This document shows, in pieces, positions 18,917-29,682 of a stretch of 64,000 nucleotides of DNA. Source of the stretch: an uncultured Gemmatimonadales bacterium (lineage in GTDB: Bacteria; Gemmatimonadota; Gemmatimonadetes; Longimicrobiales; RSA9); the NCBI GenBank assembly GCA_963708135.1, contig OY970192.1, positions 544,001 to 608,000 of the forward strand, given 5' to 3'. How positions within the stretch are numbered: the stretch's first letter is position 1; the number at the start of each line of letters is the position of its first letter. The notes beneath the pieces were generated by a model. That model was not told the DNA's origin. It did no database searches and worked only from the letters and a program-made list of their open reading frames with translations. The position numbers and the translations under genes are program-made.

Positions 18917-19782
18917 GCGACGGCGCGGGCGAGGCGCGTGTCGCCGAGATCGCCACGGGCGACGGTGTCCGCCTCGCCCTGCACCGCCTCGGCCGCCCCG
19001 GCGCGCCGCCCGCCCTCCTCGTCCCGGGCACCTTCTCCAACCACACCTTCTGGACCGGCACCCGCGGCACCGGTTTCGCCCGTACGCTCGCCGCCGCCGG
19101 CTTCGAGGCCTGGTGCCTCGACCCGCGCGGCCACGGCCGCAGCCAACGCCCGGCGCCCGGCGACCGCTGGAACTTCGAGGACTGGGCCCGGGAGGACCTG
19201 CCCGCCGCGCTGCGCGCCGCCGCCGCACACGGGCCCGTCCTCCTCATCGGCCATTCCGCCGGCGGCGCCGCGGCCCTCGCCTGCCTCGGCGCGGAGCCCG
19301 CGCTGCGCCGCGCCGTCCGCGCGGCCGTCGTCGCCGCCACGCCGCTCCCCTGGCTGCAGGCGTTCCGCCTCGGGATCAGCCGCTTCGCCCGCGCCACCTC
19401 CCGCCTGCTCGGCCGCTTTCCGGCGCGGGCCTTCCGCCTCGGCCCCGAGGATGAGCTCGCCGGCGTCATGACGCAGTGGATGACCTGGAACATCGAGGGC
19501 CACTGGACGGGCGAGGACGGCACCGACTACGCCGCTTGCCTGGCCGAGCTCGAGCTGCCGATGCTGTTTCTGGCCGGCACCGGCGACCGCATCGAGGCTC
19601 CGCCCATCGCCTGCCACGCCCTCTTCAAGGCCGTCGGCTCCGCCGACAAGACCTTCCTCCTGTGCGGCCGCGACACCGGCTTCTCCGAGGACTTCGACCA
19701 CGCCGGGCTGCTCGTCAGCCGCGCCGCGAGGGAGGAGGTCTGGCCGAAGATCATCGCCTGGATCGAGGCGACCGTCGGTTGA
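18913..19782 (+). CDS. Alpha/beta-fold hydrolase
   Basis: DPRGHGRS, nucleophile elbow GHSAGG, GTGD acid, FDH catalytic His; GTG overlaps previous stop. Confidence 0.85.
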   Translation: MSDGAGEARVAEIATGDGVRLALHRLGRPGAPPALLVPGTFSNHTFWTGTRGTGFARTLAAAGFEAWCLDPRGHGRSQRPAPGDRWNFEDWAREDLPAALRAAAAHGPVLLIGHSAGGAAALACLGAEPALRRAVRAAVVAATPLPWLQAFRLGISRFARATSRLLGRFPARAFRLGPEDELAGVMTQWMTWNIEGHWTGEDGTDYAACLAELELPMLFLAGTGDRIEAPPIACHALFKAVGSADKTFLLCGRDTGFSEDFDHAGLLVSRAAREEVWPKIIAWIEATVG

Positions 19783-20000
19783 CATTGGCGTGCCCGGCCG
19801 GAGGCATCGGGGCGGGCGGCGTCCTCGGGCCGCGGATAGGAGAGTGGGAGACCGAGGACGGGTCCGGGTGCGCGGAAGCATCGCGGCCAGTCGGTGCGGT
19901 CCTGCCCCGGATGAAGGAGGGGGGGACCCCGGGTGAGCGGCGTGGGGTGCGCCGAGCGCCGGGCCTCGCGAGCTCTTCGGCGCGCCGCAGCCGCGAGGTG

Positions 20001-20125
20001 CCCGGCGGCGGAAGCGCGCCCGGTGTGGCGCCGCGCGCGCGCGCGGGGATGGTCGCCGCGCCCGGCGGCGGAAGCGCGCCCGGTGTAGCGCCGTGCGCGC
20101 GCGCCGGGATCCTCGCCGCGCCCGG
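20001..20125. repeat. Tandem direct repeat, two 60-bp units plus a 5-bp partial unit
   Basis: 20001-20060 and 20061-20120 match at 55/60 positions. Confidence 0.9.
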
Positions 20126-20288
20126 TTACAGCTCGGCGCGACGAACGCGGCCGCATCCCCCACTCTCCCACTCCCCCACTCTCGCGCTCCTCGGCCGCCC
20201 GGCCCCGTCGGCCCTTGCAGTCGCCCTGGAGGCCGGCGAAATTGAGCGGCTGTCGTTTCATGATTACGCTGACTGGAGGAGACGGCGT

Positions 20289-20852
20289 ATGCCGATGCCC
20301 GCCACGCAGATCCGCCGCGGCACCGTGATCGTCTTCAACGGCGATCCCTGCCGCGTCGTCGAGTTCCACCATCATACGCCGGGCAATCTGCGCGCGTTCG
20401 TGCAGGCCAAGATGCGCAACCTGCGCACCGGCTCCGCCTTCGAGCACCGCTTCCGCGCCGCGGACACGGTGGAGAAGGCGGAGATGGCCACGCACGAGCT
20501 GCAGTTCCTCTACAGCGACAGCCACCACTACCACTTCATGAACAACGAGACCTTCGAGATGCTCGAGCTGGATGACGAGACGCTCGGCGAGGCCGCGCAG
20601 TGGCTGACGCCGAACATGGTCATCATGGCCGAGTTCTACGAGGGCCATCCGATCGGCATCGAGCTGCCCTCCTCTCTGGAGCTCAAGGTGGTCGAGACGG
20701 AGCCGGTCATGAAGACCGCCACGCAGACCGCCTCCCCCAAGCCCGCGAAGCTGGAGAACGGCGTGACCGTCCAGGTCCCCGCCTTCATCAGCGAGGGCGA
20801 TGTGCTGCGGGTCGACCCGAGGGAAGGGAAGTACCTCGAGCGCGCCAAGTGA
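20289..20852 (+). CDS. efp: Translation elongation factor P
   Basis: TPGNLRAFVQAKMRNL, KPAKLENG..VQVPAFI, YLER; SD GGAGGA at 20275-20280. Confidence 0.96.
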   Translation: MPMPATQIRRGTVIVFNGDPCRVVEFHHHTPGNLRAFVQAKMRNLRTGSAFEHRFRAADTVEKAEMATHELQFLYSDSHHYHFMNNETFEMLELDDETLGEAAQWLTPNMVIMAEFYEGHPIGIELPSSLELKVVETEPVMKTATQTASPKPAKLENGVTVQVPAFISEGDVLRVDPREGKYLERAK

Positions 20853-21005
20853 ACGGCGCCGCCCCGCGCGCCAGCGCGGGGCGGCGCCCGCCTGGCATCC
20901 CGAGCCCCGAGCATCCTGTTGCTCCGGCCGCCGGTCGAACCCTATCTTGCCAACGCACCCCCGCGGACTCACCACTCCGTTCACCTCCTGACCGGATTGC
21001 CGCAC

Positions 21006-23486
21006 ATGCCGACACTCTCCGCCGCGCCCCGCCGGCGCGCGTCGCGCTTCCTCGCGACGCTCGCGCTCTTCTCCGCCCTGGCCGCCCCGCTCGCGGCGCA
21101 GGCTCCCTACAAGCTCCCGCCGAAGCAGATCGTCAACATCCTCGACGCGCTGCCGCTGCCGCAGGGGCAGCTCAGCCCGGACCGACAGTGGCTGCTGCTC
21201 GAGCAGCGGCCCAGCATGCCGACCATCGCGGACATGTCCGAGCCGATGTACCGCCTTGCGGGCAACCGCATCGCCCCGGCGACGAACGGCCCGGGGCGCA
21301 CGAACTGGCGCATCCTCTCGCTCTCCCTCGAGCGGGTCTCCGACGGCGCGAAGCGGGAGATCGAGACGCCCGAGGGGGCCATGCTGGGCTGGCCGAGCTG
21401 GTCGCCGGACGGAAAGCGCGTGGCCTTCACGCGCACGACCGGGGACGGCATCGAGCTGTGGGTCGCGGACGCCGCCGCGGGACGGGCGCACCGGCTGGGC
21501 GAGGGCCGCCTGAACGCCACCGGCCCCACGCCCTGTCGCTGGACGCCCGACTCCGCCCACCTGCTCTGCCTGTACGTGCCCGACGGCCGGGGCGCGGAGC
21601 CGCAGGCGCCGAAGGTGCCGATCGGGCCGGTGGTGCAGGAGACGAAGGGGCACGCCGCTCCGGCCCGCACGTACGAGGACCTGCTCGAGACCCCGCACGA
21701 CGAGCAGCTCTACGACTACTACTTCACCTCGCAGCTGGCGCTGGTGGATGCGGCGACGGGCGAGCGCACCTCGCTCGGCGCGCCCGCCGTCTTCGCCGGC
21801 GTGGAGCCTTCGCCCGACGGCCGCTACCTGCTCGTGACGCGCACGGTCCGGCCCTACTCCTACCTCGTGCCCGACGAGGACTTCCCGAAGGTGATCGAGG
21901 TCTGGACGGCGGCGGGCGAGGTGGTGAAGAAGATCGCCGAGCTGCCGCTCGCCGAAACCACGCCGATCCGCGGCGTGCGCACCGGCCCCCGCGACGTGGC
22001 CTGGCGGCCGGACGCGCCGGCCACGCTCGTCTGGGCGGAGGCGCTCGACGGTGGCGACCCGCGCCGGAAGGCGGACTACCGCGACCACGTCGTCGCCCTG
22101 GCTGCGCCGTTTACGGGCGAGCCGGCCGAGCTCGTCAAGCTGGCCGACCGCTACGCGGGCACCGTGTGGGCGCAGCCGGGCCTCGCCATCGTCACCGACT
22201 TCAACTGGGACAAGCGGTGGTCGCGCACCTGGATGGTCAGCGCCGACCACCCGGCCACGGCGCCGCGCAAGCTGTGGGACCGCAGCGCGGAGGACCGCTA
22301 CGGAGATCCGGGCAGCATCGTGACGCGGCCGGGAGAGGGGAGCGGCGGCTCCTTCCGGCGCACGTCGAGCGATGCCGTGGCCGAGCAGAACGGGGACTGG
22401 GTCTACCTGGAGGGCGACGGCGCGGGGCCCACGGGCGAGCGGCCGTTCCTGGACCGCCTCAGCCTGAAGACGCTGAAGACGGAGCGGCTGTGGCGGAGCG
22501 ACCCGGCACACTACGAGTCCGTCGTCGCCCTGCTGGATGATGGCGCCAGGCGGGTGCTCACGCGCCGCGAGTCGGCCACCGAGCCGCCCAACTACTTCGT
22601 GCGTGCCCCGAAGGGCGGCGCGCCGCGCGCGCTGACGGCCTTCAAGGACCCCGCGCCGGAGTTCACGGCCGGGATCCAGAAGAAGGTGGTGGTCTACAAG
22701 CGCGACGATGGCGTGCAGCTCTCGGGCACGCTCTACCTGCCGCCCGGCTACCAGGAGGGGATGCGGCTGCCGGCGGTGATCTGGGCCTACCCGCGCGAGT
22801 TCGTCTCGCGCGCCGCCGCCAGCCAGGTGGTCGGATCCTCCAACCGGTTCACCTTCTTCCGCGGCCCCTCGCAGCTCTTCTTCCTGACCCAGGGCTACGT
22901 GGTCTTCGACGGCCCGACCATGCCGATCCTGGGCGGCGACACGGCAAACAACCACTACGTGGAGCAGCTCGTGGCCAGCGCCAAGGCGGCCGTGGACGAG
23001 CTGGTCTCGCTGGGCGTGGCCGACCGCGACCGCATCGGCGTCGGCGGCCACAGCTACGGCGCCTTCATGACCGCCAACCTGCTCGCGCACTCGGACCTGT
23101 TCCGCGCCGGCATCGCCAGGAGCGGCGCATACAACCGGACCCTCACGCCCTTCGGGTTCCAGAACGAGCGCCGCACCTTCTGGCAGGTGCCGGAGATCTA
23201 TGCCAGGATGTCGCCCTTCTTCCACGCGGACAGCGTGAACGAGCCGCTGCTCATGACGCACGGCATGGCCGACGACAACTCGGGCACCTTCCCGATCCAG
23301 TCCGAGCGCTTCTACGCCGCGCTCAAGGGGCTCGGCAAGACCGTCCGCTTCGTCTACCTGCCGCACGAGGCCCACGGCTACGCCGCCCGCGAGTCGGTCC
23401 TCGACGTCGTGGCGGAAATGCTCGACTGGTTCGACACCTACGTGAAGCACGCGCCGCCGCGGACCGCCGCCACGTCCGACCGGTAG
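21006..23486 (+). CDS. Secreted S9 prolyl-oligopeptidase-family peptidase (glutamyl endopeptidase-like)
   Basis: Signal peptide (LAAQA), beta-propeller, WAYPREF, GGHSYGAFMT, HG..DDN, EAHGY. Confidence 0.9.
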   Translation: MPTLSAAPRRRASRFLATLALFSALAAPLAAQAPYKLPPKQIVNILDALPLPQGQLSPDRQWLLLEQRPSMPTIADMSEPMYRLAGNRIAPATNGPGRTNWRILSLSLERVSDGAKREIETPEGAMLGWPSWSPDGKRVAFTRTTGDGIELWVADAAAGRAHRLGEGRLNATGPTPCRWTPDSAHLLCLYVPDGRGAEPQAPKVPIGPVVQETKGHAAPARTYEDLLETPHDEQLYDYYFTSQLALVDAATGERTSLGAPAVFAGVEPSPDGRYLLVTRTVRPYSYLVPDEDFPKVIEVWTAAGEVVKKIAELPLAETTPIRGVRTGPRDVAWRPDAPATLVWAEALDGGDPRRKADYRDHVVALAAPFTGEPAELVKLADRYAGTVWAQPGLAIVTDFNWDKRWSRTWMVSADHPATAPRKLWDRSAEDRYGDPGSIVTRPGEGSGGSFRRTSSDAVAEQNGDWVYLEGDGAGPTGERPFLDRLSLKTLKTERLWRSDPAHYESVVALLDDGARRVLTRRESATEPPNYFVRAPKGGAPRALTAFKDPAPEFTAGIQKKVVVYKRDDGVQLSGTLYLPPGYQEGMRLPAVIWAYPREFVSRAAASQVVGSSNRFTFFRGPSQLFFLTQGYVVFDGPTMPILGGDTANNHYVEQLVASAKAAVDELVSLGVADRDRIGVGGHSYGAFMTANLLAHSDLFRAGIARSGAYNRTLTPFGFQNERRTFWQVPEIYARMSPFFHADSVNEPLLMTHGMADDNSGTFPIQSERFYAALKGLGKTVRFVYLPHEAHGYAARESVLDVVAEMLDWFDTYVKHAPPRTAATSDR

Positions 23487-23724
23487 CGCCCCCGCGCGCG
23501 CCGCCTGCGTGAGCGGACGCAGCTTCCGCCGTCGGCGGTCCGGGCCCCGCTGCCCGGGCCGCCGGCGCGTCTCCAGGCGGACCGAGGCGGCGGCCGCGAC
23601 CGGCCCCGGCCCACGCGCCGGCCCGCCGCCACCGCGCCGGACGAGCGGCACAAAACACGGCCCGAGCGGGTAGAGTCCCTGGCGGTCCCCGGCCGCGGGG
23701 ACGAGCGCAACAGCAACCGGAACC

Positions 23725-25208
23725 ATGCCCACCATCGAGCCCGTACACGATCCGGAACCGCTCCCGCAGCGACCCGGCGCCGCCCCCTGGTGGGCCGCGC
23801 TCGTCCCGCTCAGCCTGCTGCTCCTCTCGCTCCTCGGGCTCCTGGCCACCGTGATCGTCGCCGATCGGCGCGCGCGCGGCGCGTGGGGCGAGATCTCCGA
23901 GCTCGCCACCCCGGCGGGCACCCTGGTCAACGAGCTGCAGACCGACCTCGCGCGCGAGATGGCCGGCCGCCGCGGCTTCCTGCTCACCGGCACCGCCACC
24001 TTCCGGCAGCGGCTGCGCGCCGCGCAGTTCCGCGAGGAGGTGCAGCTGCGCCGGCTGGCCGAGCTGGCTCCCCGGCTCGGTCCGGAGGTCGAGGGGCGCC
24101 TCGGCGCCGTGCGCGGCCTCGTCGCCCAGTGGCGCTCGCTCGGCCCGATCTCCGAGGGCCAGCACGCTTCCGCCGCTGCGCTCGCCGATGCCACCGCGCG
24201 CGAGCAGCAGCTCTTCGAGGAGACGCTCCTCGGCGTCAGCCGGCTCCAGCAGGCGATCGGTGCTGCCGCCCGGGAGCGCCGCGCCGTGGTCCGGCAGGTC
24301 GACCGCACCGAAAGAGAGGTGGCCATCGCGCTGATCGGCGTGGCCATCCTGGCCGCGGCGCTCTACGTCCGCTTCGCGCGGCAGCTCCGCAGCCTCGCCG
24401 AGCGGGAAGCGGCCGCGGCCGCGCTGTCCGGACGCCGCCGCGCGGAGCTCGAGCGCGTGATGGCCGACATGCAGCGGATGGCGGAAGACAAGACCCGCTT
24501 CATCCGCGGCGTCACGCACGATCTCAAGAACCCGCTCAGCGCCATGGATGCCTACGCGGAGCTGCTCCAGCTGGGCGTGCGCGGGCCGCTCTCGGAAGCG
24601 CAGGCCCAGACGGTCTCGCGGATGCGCGGCTCCGCCCGGGCCATGCTCGCCATCATCGAGGACCTGCTGGAGCTCTCCCGCGCCGACACGGGCCAGCTCC
24701 GCGTGAGCCCCGTGCCCACGGAGGTCGGTCCCGTGCTCGAGGACCTGATCGGCGCTCAGCGGGCCGTTGCGGAGACGCGCGGACTCGCGCTCCACCTCGA
24801 CCTGCCCGACCCGCTCCCCCCATCCGGACGGACGAGCGCCGCGTGCGGCAGGTCCTCGACAACCTGCTCTCCAACGCGCTCAAGTACACCCCGAGCGGCG
24901 GCCGCGTCACCGTGCGCGCCGCCACCAGGGATGCCGGACCCGGCCCGTCGGGCGGCGAGTGGCTCGTCCTCACGGTGGAGGACACGGGCCCGGGCGTGCC
25001 CGCCGAGGAGCAGGAGCACATCTTCGAGGAGTTCTACCGGCTCCACAGCAGCCGTGAAGGAACCGGCCTCGGGCTCGCCATCAGCCGCCGCATCGCCCAC
25101 CTGCTCGGCGGCGACGTCACGATCGACAGCGCGCCCGGCGAGGGTGCCCGCTTCCGTCTCTGGCTGCCGCTCGTGCGCGAGTCGCCGCTCTCCACCAACG
25201 CGGCCTGA
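23725..25208 (+). pseudogene. Membrane sensor histidine kinase, split by a one-base frameshift at a C6 run (24816-24821)
   Basis: Two TM helices and H-box THDLKNPL in one frame; N-box QVLDNLLSNALKY, DTGPG, GTGLGL in the -1 frame; one extra C restores LPPIRTDERR. May be a sequencing error. Confidence 0.75.
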
Positions 25209-25301
25209 CTCACCCCCGCGCCCGGACCACGCCGCGCCGCGCCGGGTAGCAAACCGACGGACCCGCACGGTTGACGGGGCCCGACCTCCCCGGCACCTTC
25301 C

Positions 25302-28268
25302 ATGGCTATGCCCGATGAGAAGCTGGTTGTCCGCGGCGCGCGCGAGCACAACCTCAAGAACATAGACGTCGAGATCCCGCGCGACCGGCTGGTGGTGATC
25401 ACCGGGCTGTCCGGCTCGGGCAAGTCGTCGCTCGCCTTCGACACCATCTACGCCGAGGGGCAGCGCCGCTACGTCGAGTCGCTCTCCGCCTATGCCCGGC
25501 AGTTCCTGGGCATCATGGAGAAGCCCGATGTTGACGTCATCGAGGGCCTCTCCCCCGCCATCTCGATCGAGCAGAAGACCACCGGCAGGAATCCGCGCTC
25601 GACGGTCGGTACGGTCACCGAGATCTACGACTACCTGCGCCTCCTCTGGGCGCGCGTGGGCGTGCCCCACTGCCCGAGCTGCGGCCGGCCCGTGGTCCGG
25701 CAGTCCGCCACCCAGATCGTGGACCGGGTGCTCGGCTGGCCGGAGGGGCTGCGCATCGAGGTGCTCGCACCGCTGGTGCGCGGCCGCAAAGGCGAGTTCC
25801 GCGACCTCTTCGAGGAGGCGCGCAAGAAGGGCTTCGTGCGTGCCCGCGTGGACGGCGAGCTCATCGACCTCGAGTCGCCGCCCAAGCTGAACCGGCACCA
25901 GAACCACGACGTCTCCGTGGTCGTGGACCGGCTCGTCGTGCGCGAGGAGGACCGCTCCCGGATGGCCGACTCCGTCGAGACGGCGCTCCGGACCGCCTCG
26001 GGGATCGTCGAGGTCATCGCGCACGGCGGCGAGGAGCTGGAGCGCCACCTCTTCAGCGAGCGCTACGCCTGCGTCCACTGCGGCACGAGCCTGGCCGAGC
26101 TGGAGCCGCGCCAGTTCTCCTTCAACTCGCCCTACGGCGCCTGTCCGGGCTGCGGCGGCCTCGGCACTCGCCGCGAGGTGAACCCGGACCTCGTCACGGG
26201 CGATCCGATCATCTCGCTCCTCGAGGGCGTGATCCTGCCCTGGGGCGAGCCGACCGGCCACCTGCGCCGCTCGATCCTCCCGGGCCTCGCGGAGCACTAC
26301 GGCTTCGACCCGAACCGCCCCTGGGGCGAGCTCCCCGACGAGGTGCGCGCCGCGCTGCTGCACGGCTCGGGAACCACGAAGATCCGCTTCCCCTACCGGA
26401 CCGGCGGCACCGCCGGCCACTACAGCGAGCCGTGGGAGGGGATCCTCGCCCACGTGATGCGCCGCTACGAGGAGACCACCTCCGATGCCGTGCGCGAGCA
26501 GCTCGAGCAGTATATGTCCACGCTTCCCTGCAACGTCTGCGGCGGCACGCGTCTGAAGCCGGAGAGCCTGGCCGTCACGGTCGGCGGCCGCTCCATCGGC
26601 GACATGGTGGACAGCAGCGTGGCCGCGGCGCTCGAGTTCTTCCGCTCGCTCCGCCTCACCGCGCCGCCGGCGACGACCGGCCACGCCGGAGAGCGCCCGT
26701 CCGCCACGGGTGCCGCAGGCGACGGCGCCGCGCCCGCCTCCCGCGCCGCGTCCGCCGGCCCCGACGCCGCCGAGGCGCCGGCGCTCCCGCGCGAGATCGC
26801 GGGCCCGATCCTCAAGGAGGTGACGGAGCGGCTGCGCTTCCTCTCCAACGTGGGGCTCGACTACCTGACGCTCGGCCGCAGCGCGGAGACGCTCTCGGGG
26901 GGCGAGGCGCAGCGGATCCGGCTGGCGACGCAGATCGGCAGCCGCCTGGTGGGCGTGCTCTACATCCTGGACGAGCCCTCGATCGGGCTGCACCAGCGCG
27001 ACAACGAGCGGCTGCTCGGCACGCTGCGCCAGCTGCGCGACCTCGGCAACACCGTGCTCGTCGTCGAGCACGACCGGGACACGATCCTGCACGCCGATTA
27101 CATCGTGGACCTCGGTCCGCGCGCCGGCCGCCACGGCGGCGAGGTCGTGGCCGAGGGCACGCTGCAGGACCTGCTCGCGAGCGAGCGCTCCCTCACCGCC
27201 GCCTACCTGCGCGGCGACCGCGAGATCCCCGTGCCCTCCGCGCGCCGCGCCCCGAACGCCGGCGCCCTCGTCGTGCGCGGCGCGCGTCAGCACAACCTGA
27301 AGAATCTCGACGTTCGCTTCCCGCTCGGCACCTTCACCGCCGTCACGGGGGTCAGCGGCTCGGGCAAGAGCACGCTCGTGAACGAGATCCTCTACAAGGC
27401 GCTCTCGCGCCACTTCTACCGCTCGCGCGTGGCGCCCGGCGCCCACGACGCCATCGAGGGACTGGAGCGGATCGACAAGGTCGTCGACATCGACCAGTCC
27501 CCGATCGGCCGCACGCCTCGCTCCAATCCCGCCACCTACACGGGCCTCTTCACGCCCATCCGCCAGCTCTTCGCCGAGCTGCCGGAGTCGAAGATGCGCG
27601 GCTACAGCCCCGGCCGCTTCTCCTTCAACGTCAAGGGCGGCCGCTGCGAGGCGTGTACCGGCGACGGGCTCATCAAGATCGAGATGCACTTCCTGCCGGA
27701 CGTCTACGTCCCCTGCGACGTCTGTCGCGGCAGGCGCTACAACCGCGAGACCCTCGAGGTCTTCTACAAGGGCCGCACCATCGCGGACGTCCTCGAGATG
27801 ACCGTGGACGAGGCGCTCGAGTTCTTCGACGCCGTGCCCTCGATCCGCCACCGGCTCCAGACGCTCTCCGACGTCGGCCTCGGCTACATCCATCTCGGCC
27901 AGTCCGCCACCACCCTGTCCGGCGGCGAGGCGCAGCGCGTGAAGCTCGCCACCGAGCTGGCCAAGCGCGACACCGGCCAGACCTTCTACATGCTGGACGA
28001 GCCGACCACCGGGCTCCACTTCGAGGACGTCCGCATGCTGCTCGACGTGCTGCACCGCCTCGTGGACAAGGGCAACACGGTCGTCGTGATCGAGCACAAC
28101 CTCGAGGTCGTCAAGACCGCGGACTGGATCATCGACCTCGGCCCCGAGGGCGGCGAGGCGGGCGGCCGCATCGTCGCCGAAGGCACGCCCGAGGCCGTCG
28201 CCGCGAAACCCGTGTCCCACACCGGTCGATTCCTGGCCGAGTCGCTGGGACTCGCGCCGGTGGGGTAG
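25302..28268 (+). CDS. uvrA: Excinuclease ABC subunit A
   Basis: GAREHNLKN, two Walker A motifs ([16 protein letters not shown]), LSGGEAQR twice, zinc fingers. Start 25302 or 25308. Confidence 0.98.
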   Translation: MAMPDEKLVVRGAREHNLKNIDVEIPRDRLVVITGLSGSGKSSLAFDTIYAEGQRRYVESLSAYARQFLGIMEKPDVDVIEGLSPAISIEQKTTGRNPRSTVGTVTEIYDYLRLLWARVGVPHCPSCGRPVVRQSATQIVDRVLGWPEGLRIEVLAPLVRGRKGEFRDLFEEARKKGFVRARVDGELIDLESPPKLNRHQNHDVSVVVDRLVVREEDRSRMADSVETALRTASGIVEVIAHGGEELERHLFSERYACVHCGTSLAELEPRQFSFNSPYGACPGCGGLGTRREVNPDLVTGDPIISLLEGVILPWGEPTGHLRRSILPGLAEHYGFDPNRPWGELPDEVRAALLHGSGTTKIRFPYRTGGTAGHYSEPWEGILAHVMRRYEETTSDAVREQLEQYMSTLPCNVCGGTRLKPESLAVTVGGRSIGDMVDSSVAAALEFFRSLRLTAPPATTGHAGERPSATGAAGDGAAPASRAASAGPDAAEAPALPREIAGPILKEVTERLRFLSNVGLDYLTLGRSAETLSGGEAQRIRLATQIGSRLVGVLYILDEPSIGLHQRDNERLLGTLRQLRDLGNTVLVVEHDRDTILHADYIVDLGPRAGRHGGEVVAEGTLQDLLASERSLTAAYLRGDREIPVPSARRAPNAGALVVRGARQHNLKNLDVRFPLGTFTAVTGVSGSGKSTLVNEILYKALSRHFYRSRVAPGAHDAIEGLERIDKVVDIDQSPIGRTPRSNPATYTGLFTPIRQLFAELPESKMRGYSPGRFSFNVKGGRCEACTGDGLIKIEMHFLPDVYVPCDVCRGRRYNRETLEVFYKGRTIADVLEMTVDEALEFFDAVPSIRHRLQTLSDVGLGYIHLGQSATTLSGGEAQRVKLATELAKRDTGQTFYMLDEPTTGLHFEDVRMLLDVLHRLVDKGNTVVVIEHNLEVVKTADWIIDLGPEGGEAGGRIVAEGTPEAVAAKPVSHTGRFLAESLGLAPVG

Positions 28269-28404
28269 GCGGACGGCGCGGTGACGCGAGAGGTCTCGTC
28301 CACGGCGCCCGCGGCGCCGGCGCGGGGCGCCTGATCGGCCGCGCGCGGTCCGGCGCGCCGGGGCGCGGTCCCGCCCCTCGTCGCCTTCCACTCCGGGGCC
28401 GCTC

Positions 28405-28434
28405 TTGCTGAAACCGCAAGGGTTTCGCTACCGT
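28405..28434 (+). promoter_or_regulatory. Putative sigma70 promoter with palindromic operator in the spacer
   Basis: TTGCTG-18-TACCGT; GAAACC-N5-GGTTTC at 28410-28426. Confidence 0.45.
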
Positions 28435-28472
28435 AAGGGAGCCGAAGCGCATCCTCTGCCTCGGAGCCAGTC

Positions 28473-28883
28473 ATGCTGACCCGCGAAGACATCGAAAGCT
28501 TCTTCATCCGCATGGGTGTGGAGTACAACGAGGTCGATGAAGGCCTCTGGGTGCTTCCTTCCGCGGATGATGGGACCAACCTCGTGGTCCGCTACGAGTC
28601 GCCCCTGCTGCTCCTGCGGGTCAAGATCATGACCCTGCCGGAGGACGCGGGGGCCGACGCCCGGCTCGTGCGCCTCTACCGCAGGCTGCTCGAGTTGAAC
28701 GCCACGGACATTGTCCACGGCAGCTACGGCATCGACGCCGACGAGGTGATCCTCTCGCACGCGCTGGAGCTCGAGACCCTCGACTTCCACGAGCTGCGCA
28801 GCTCCTACGAGAGCCTGCTGCTCGCCGCCTCCAGCCACACCCCGGGACTGGTCGAGCTGGTCCCGGTCGCACACGAGGCCTGA
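28473..28883 (+). CDS. CesT/YbjN-like type III chaperone-fold protein
   Basis: 136 aa, acidic, LYRRLLELNA..IVHGSYGI motif; precedes pspA. Confidence 0.75.
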   Translation: MLTREDIESFFIRMGVEYNEVDEGLWVLPSADDGTNLVVRYESPLLLLRVKIMTLPEDAGADARLVRLYRRLLELNATDIVHGSYGIDADEVILSHALELETLDFHELRSSYESLLLAASSHTPGLVELVPVAHEA

Positions 28884-28887
28884 CCCG

Positions 28888-29676
28888 ATGGGGATCTTCC
28901 AGAAGCTCTCGATGCTCCTGCGCTCGAACATCAACGATGCGATCGCGCGCGCGGAGAACCCGGAGAAGATGCTCAACCAGGTGCTCCTGGACATGCGCGA
29001 GCAGCTCGCCCGCGCCAAGCAGGAGGTTGCCGTGGCCATCGCCGACGAGCGCAAGCTCAAGGCGCAGGTCGAGGAAGAGCAGAAGCAGGCGAACGACTGG
29101 GAGCAGCGCGCCATGCTGGCCGTCCGCGAGGGGCGAGACGACCTGGCCAAGCAGGCTCTGCTGCGGCAGCAGGAGCACGGTGAGCGTGCCTTCTCGCTCC
29201 AGGACACCTGGCAGCGGCAGGCGGCCGAGACGGACAAGCTCAAGGAGTCGCTGCGCCAGCTGAACGACAAGATCGAGGAGGCCAAGCGCAAGAAGAACCT
29301 CCTCGTAGCCAAGCAGAAGCGCGCGCAGGCGCAGAAGCGCATCCACGAGACCATGGCCGGCCTCTCCGACCGCTCCGCGTTCGAGACCTTCGAGCGCATG
29401 GCCGAGCGCATCGAGGAGTCGGAGCGCCGCACCCTCGCCGCCGCCGAGGTGAGCGAGACGCTGGCCGCCGGGGACACGCTCGAGCGCGAGTTCGAGAAGC
29501 TCGGCGCCGCCCCCGGCGGCGATGTCGAGCAGCGGCTCCTGCAGCTCAAGCAGCAGATGGGGCTGCCGCTCCCGCCCGGTGCGGCGCCCGAGCAGCCCAG
29601 GCGGCTGAGCGCGCCAACGGTCGAGGACGAGGACGTCGGAGAGGTGCACGACGCGCAGGTGGAGGAGGAGGCCTAG
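28888..29676 (+). CDS. pspA: PspA/IM30 (Vipp1) family protein
   Basis: MGIFQKL..L.SNIN..I..AENPEKML.Q...DM, long coiled coil, FERMAERI. Confidence 0.93.
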   Translation: MGIFQKLSMLLRSNINDAIARAENPEKMLNQVLLDMREQLARAKQEVAVAIADERKLKAQVEEEQKQANDWEQRAMLAVREGRDDLAKQALLRQQEHGERAFSLQDTWQRQAAETDKLKESLRQLNDKIEEAKRKKNLLVAKQKRAQAQKRIHETMAGLSDRSAFETFERMAERIEESERRTLAAAEVSETLAAGDTLEREFEKLGAAPGGDVEQRLLQLKQQMGLPLPPGAAPEQPRRLSAPTVEDEDVGEVHDAQVEEEA

Positions 29677-29682
29677 CGCCGG

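Noticed and set aside
19779..19810. Perfect TTGACA at the end of the hydrolase gene
   Set aside because: No acceptable -10 element at 16-18 nt spacing.
20001..20125. Possible CRISPR array
   Set aside because: Only two contiguous units with no unique spacers and no cas genes.
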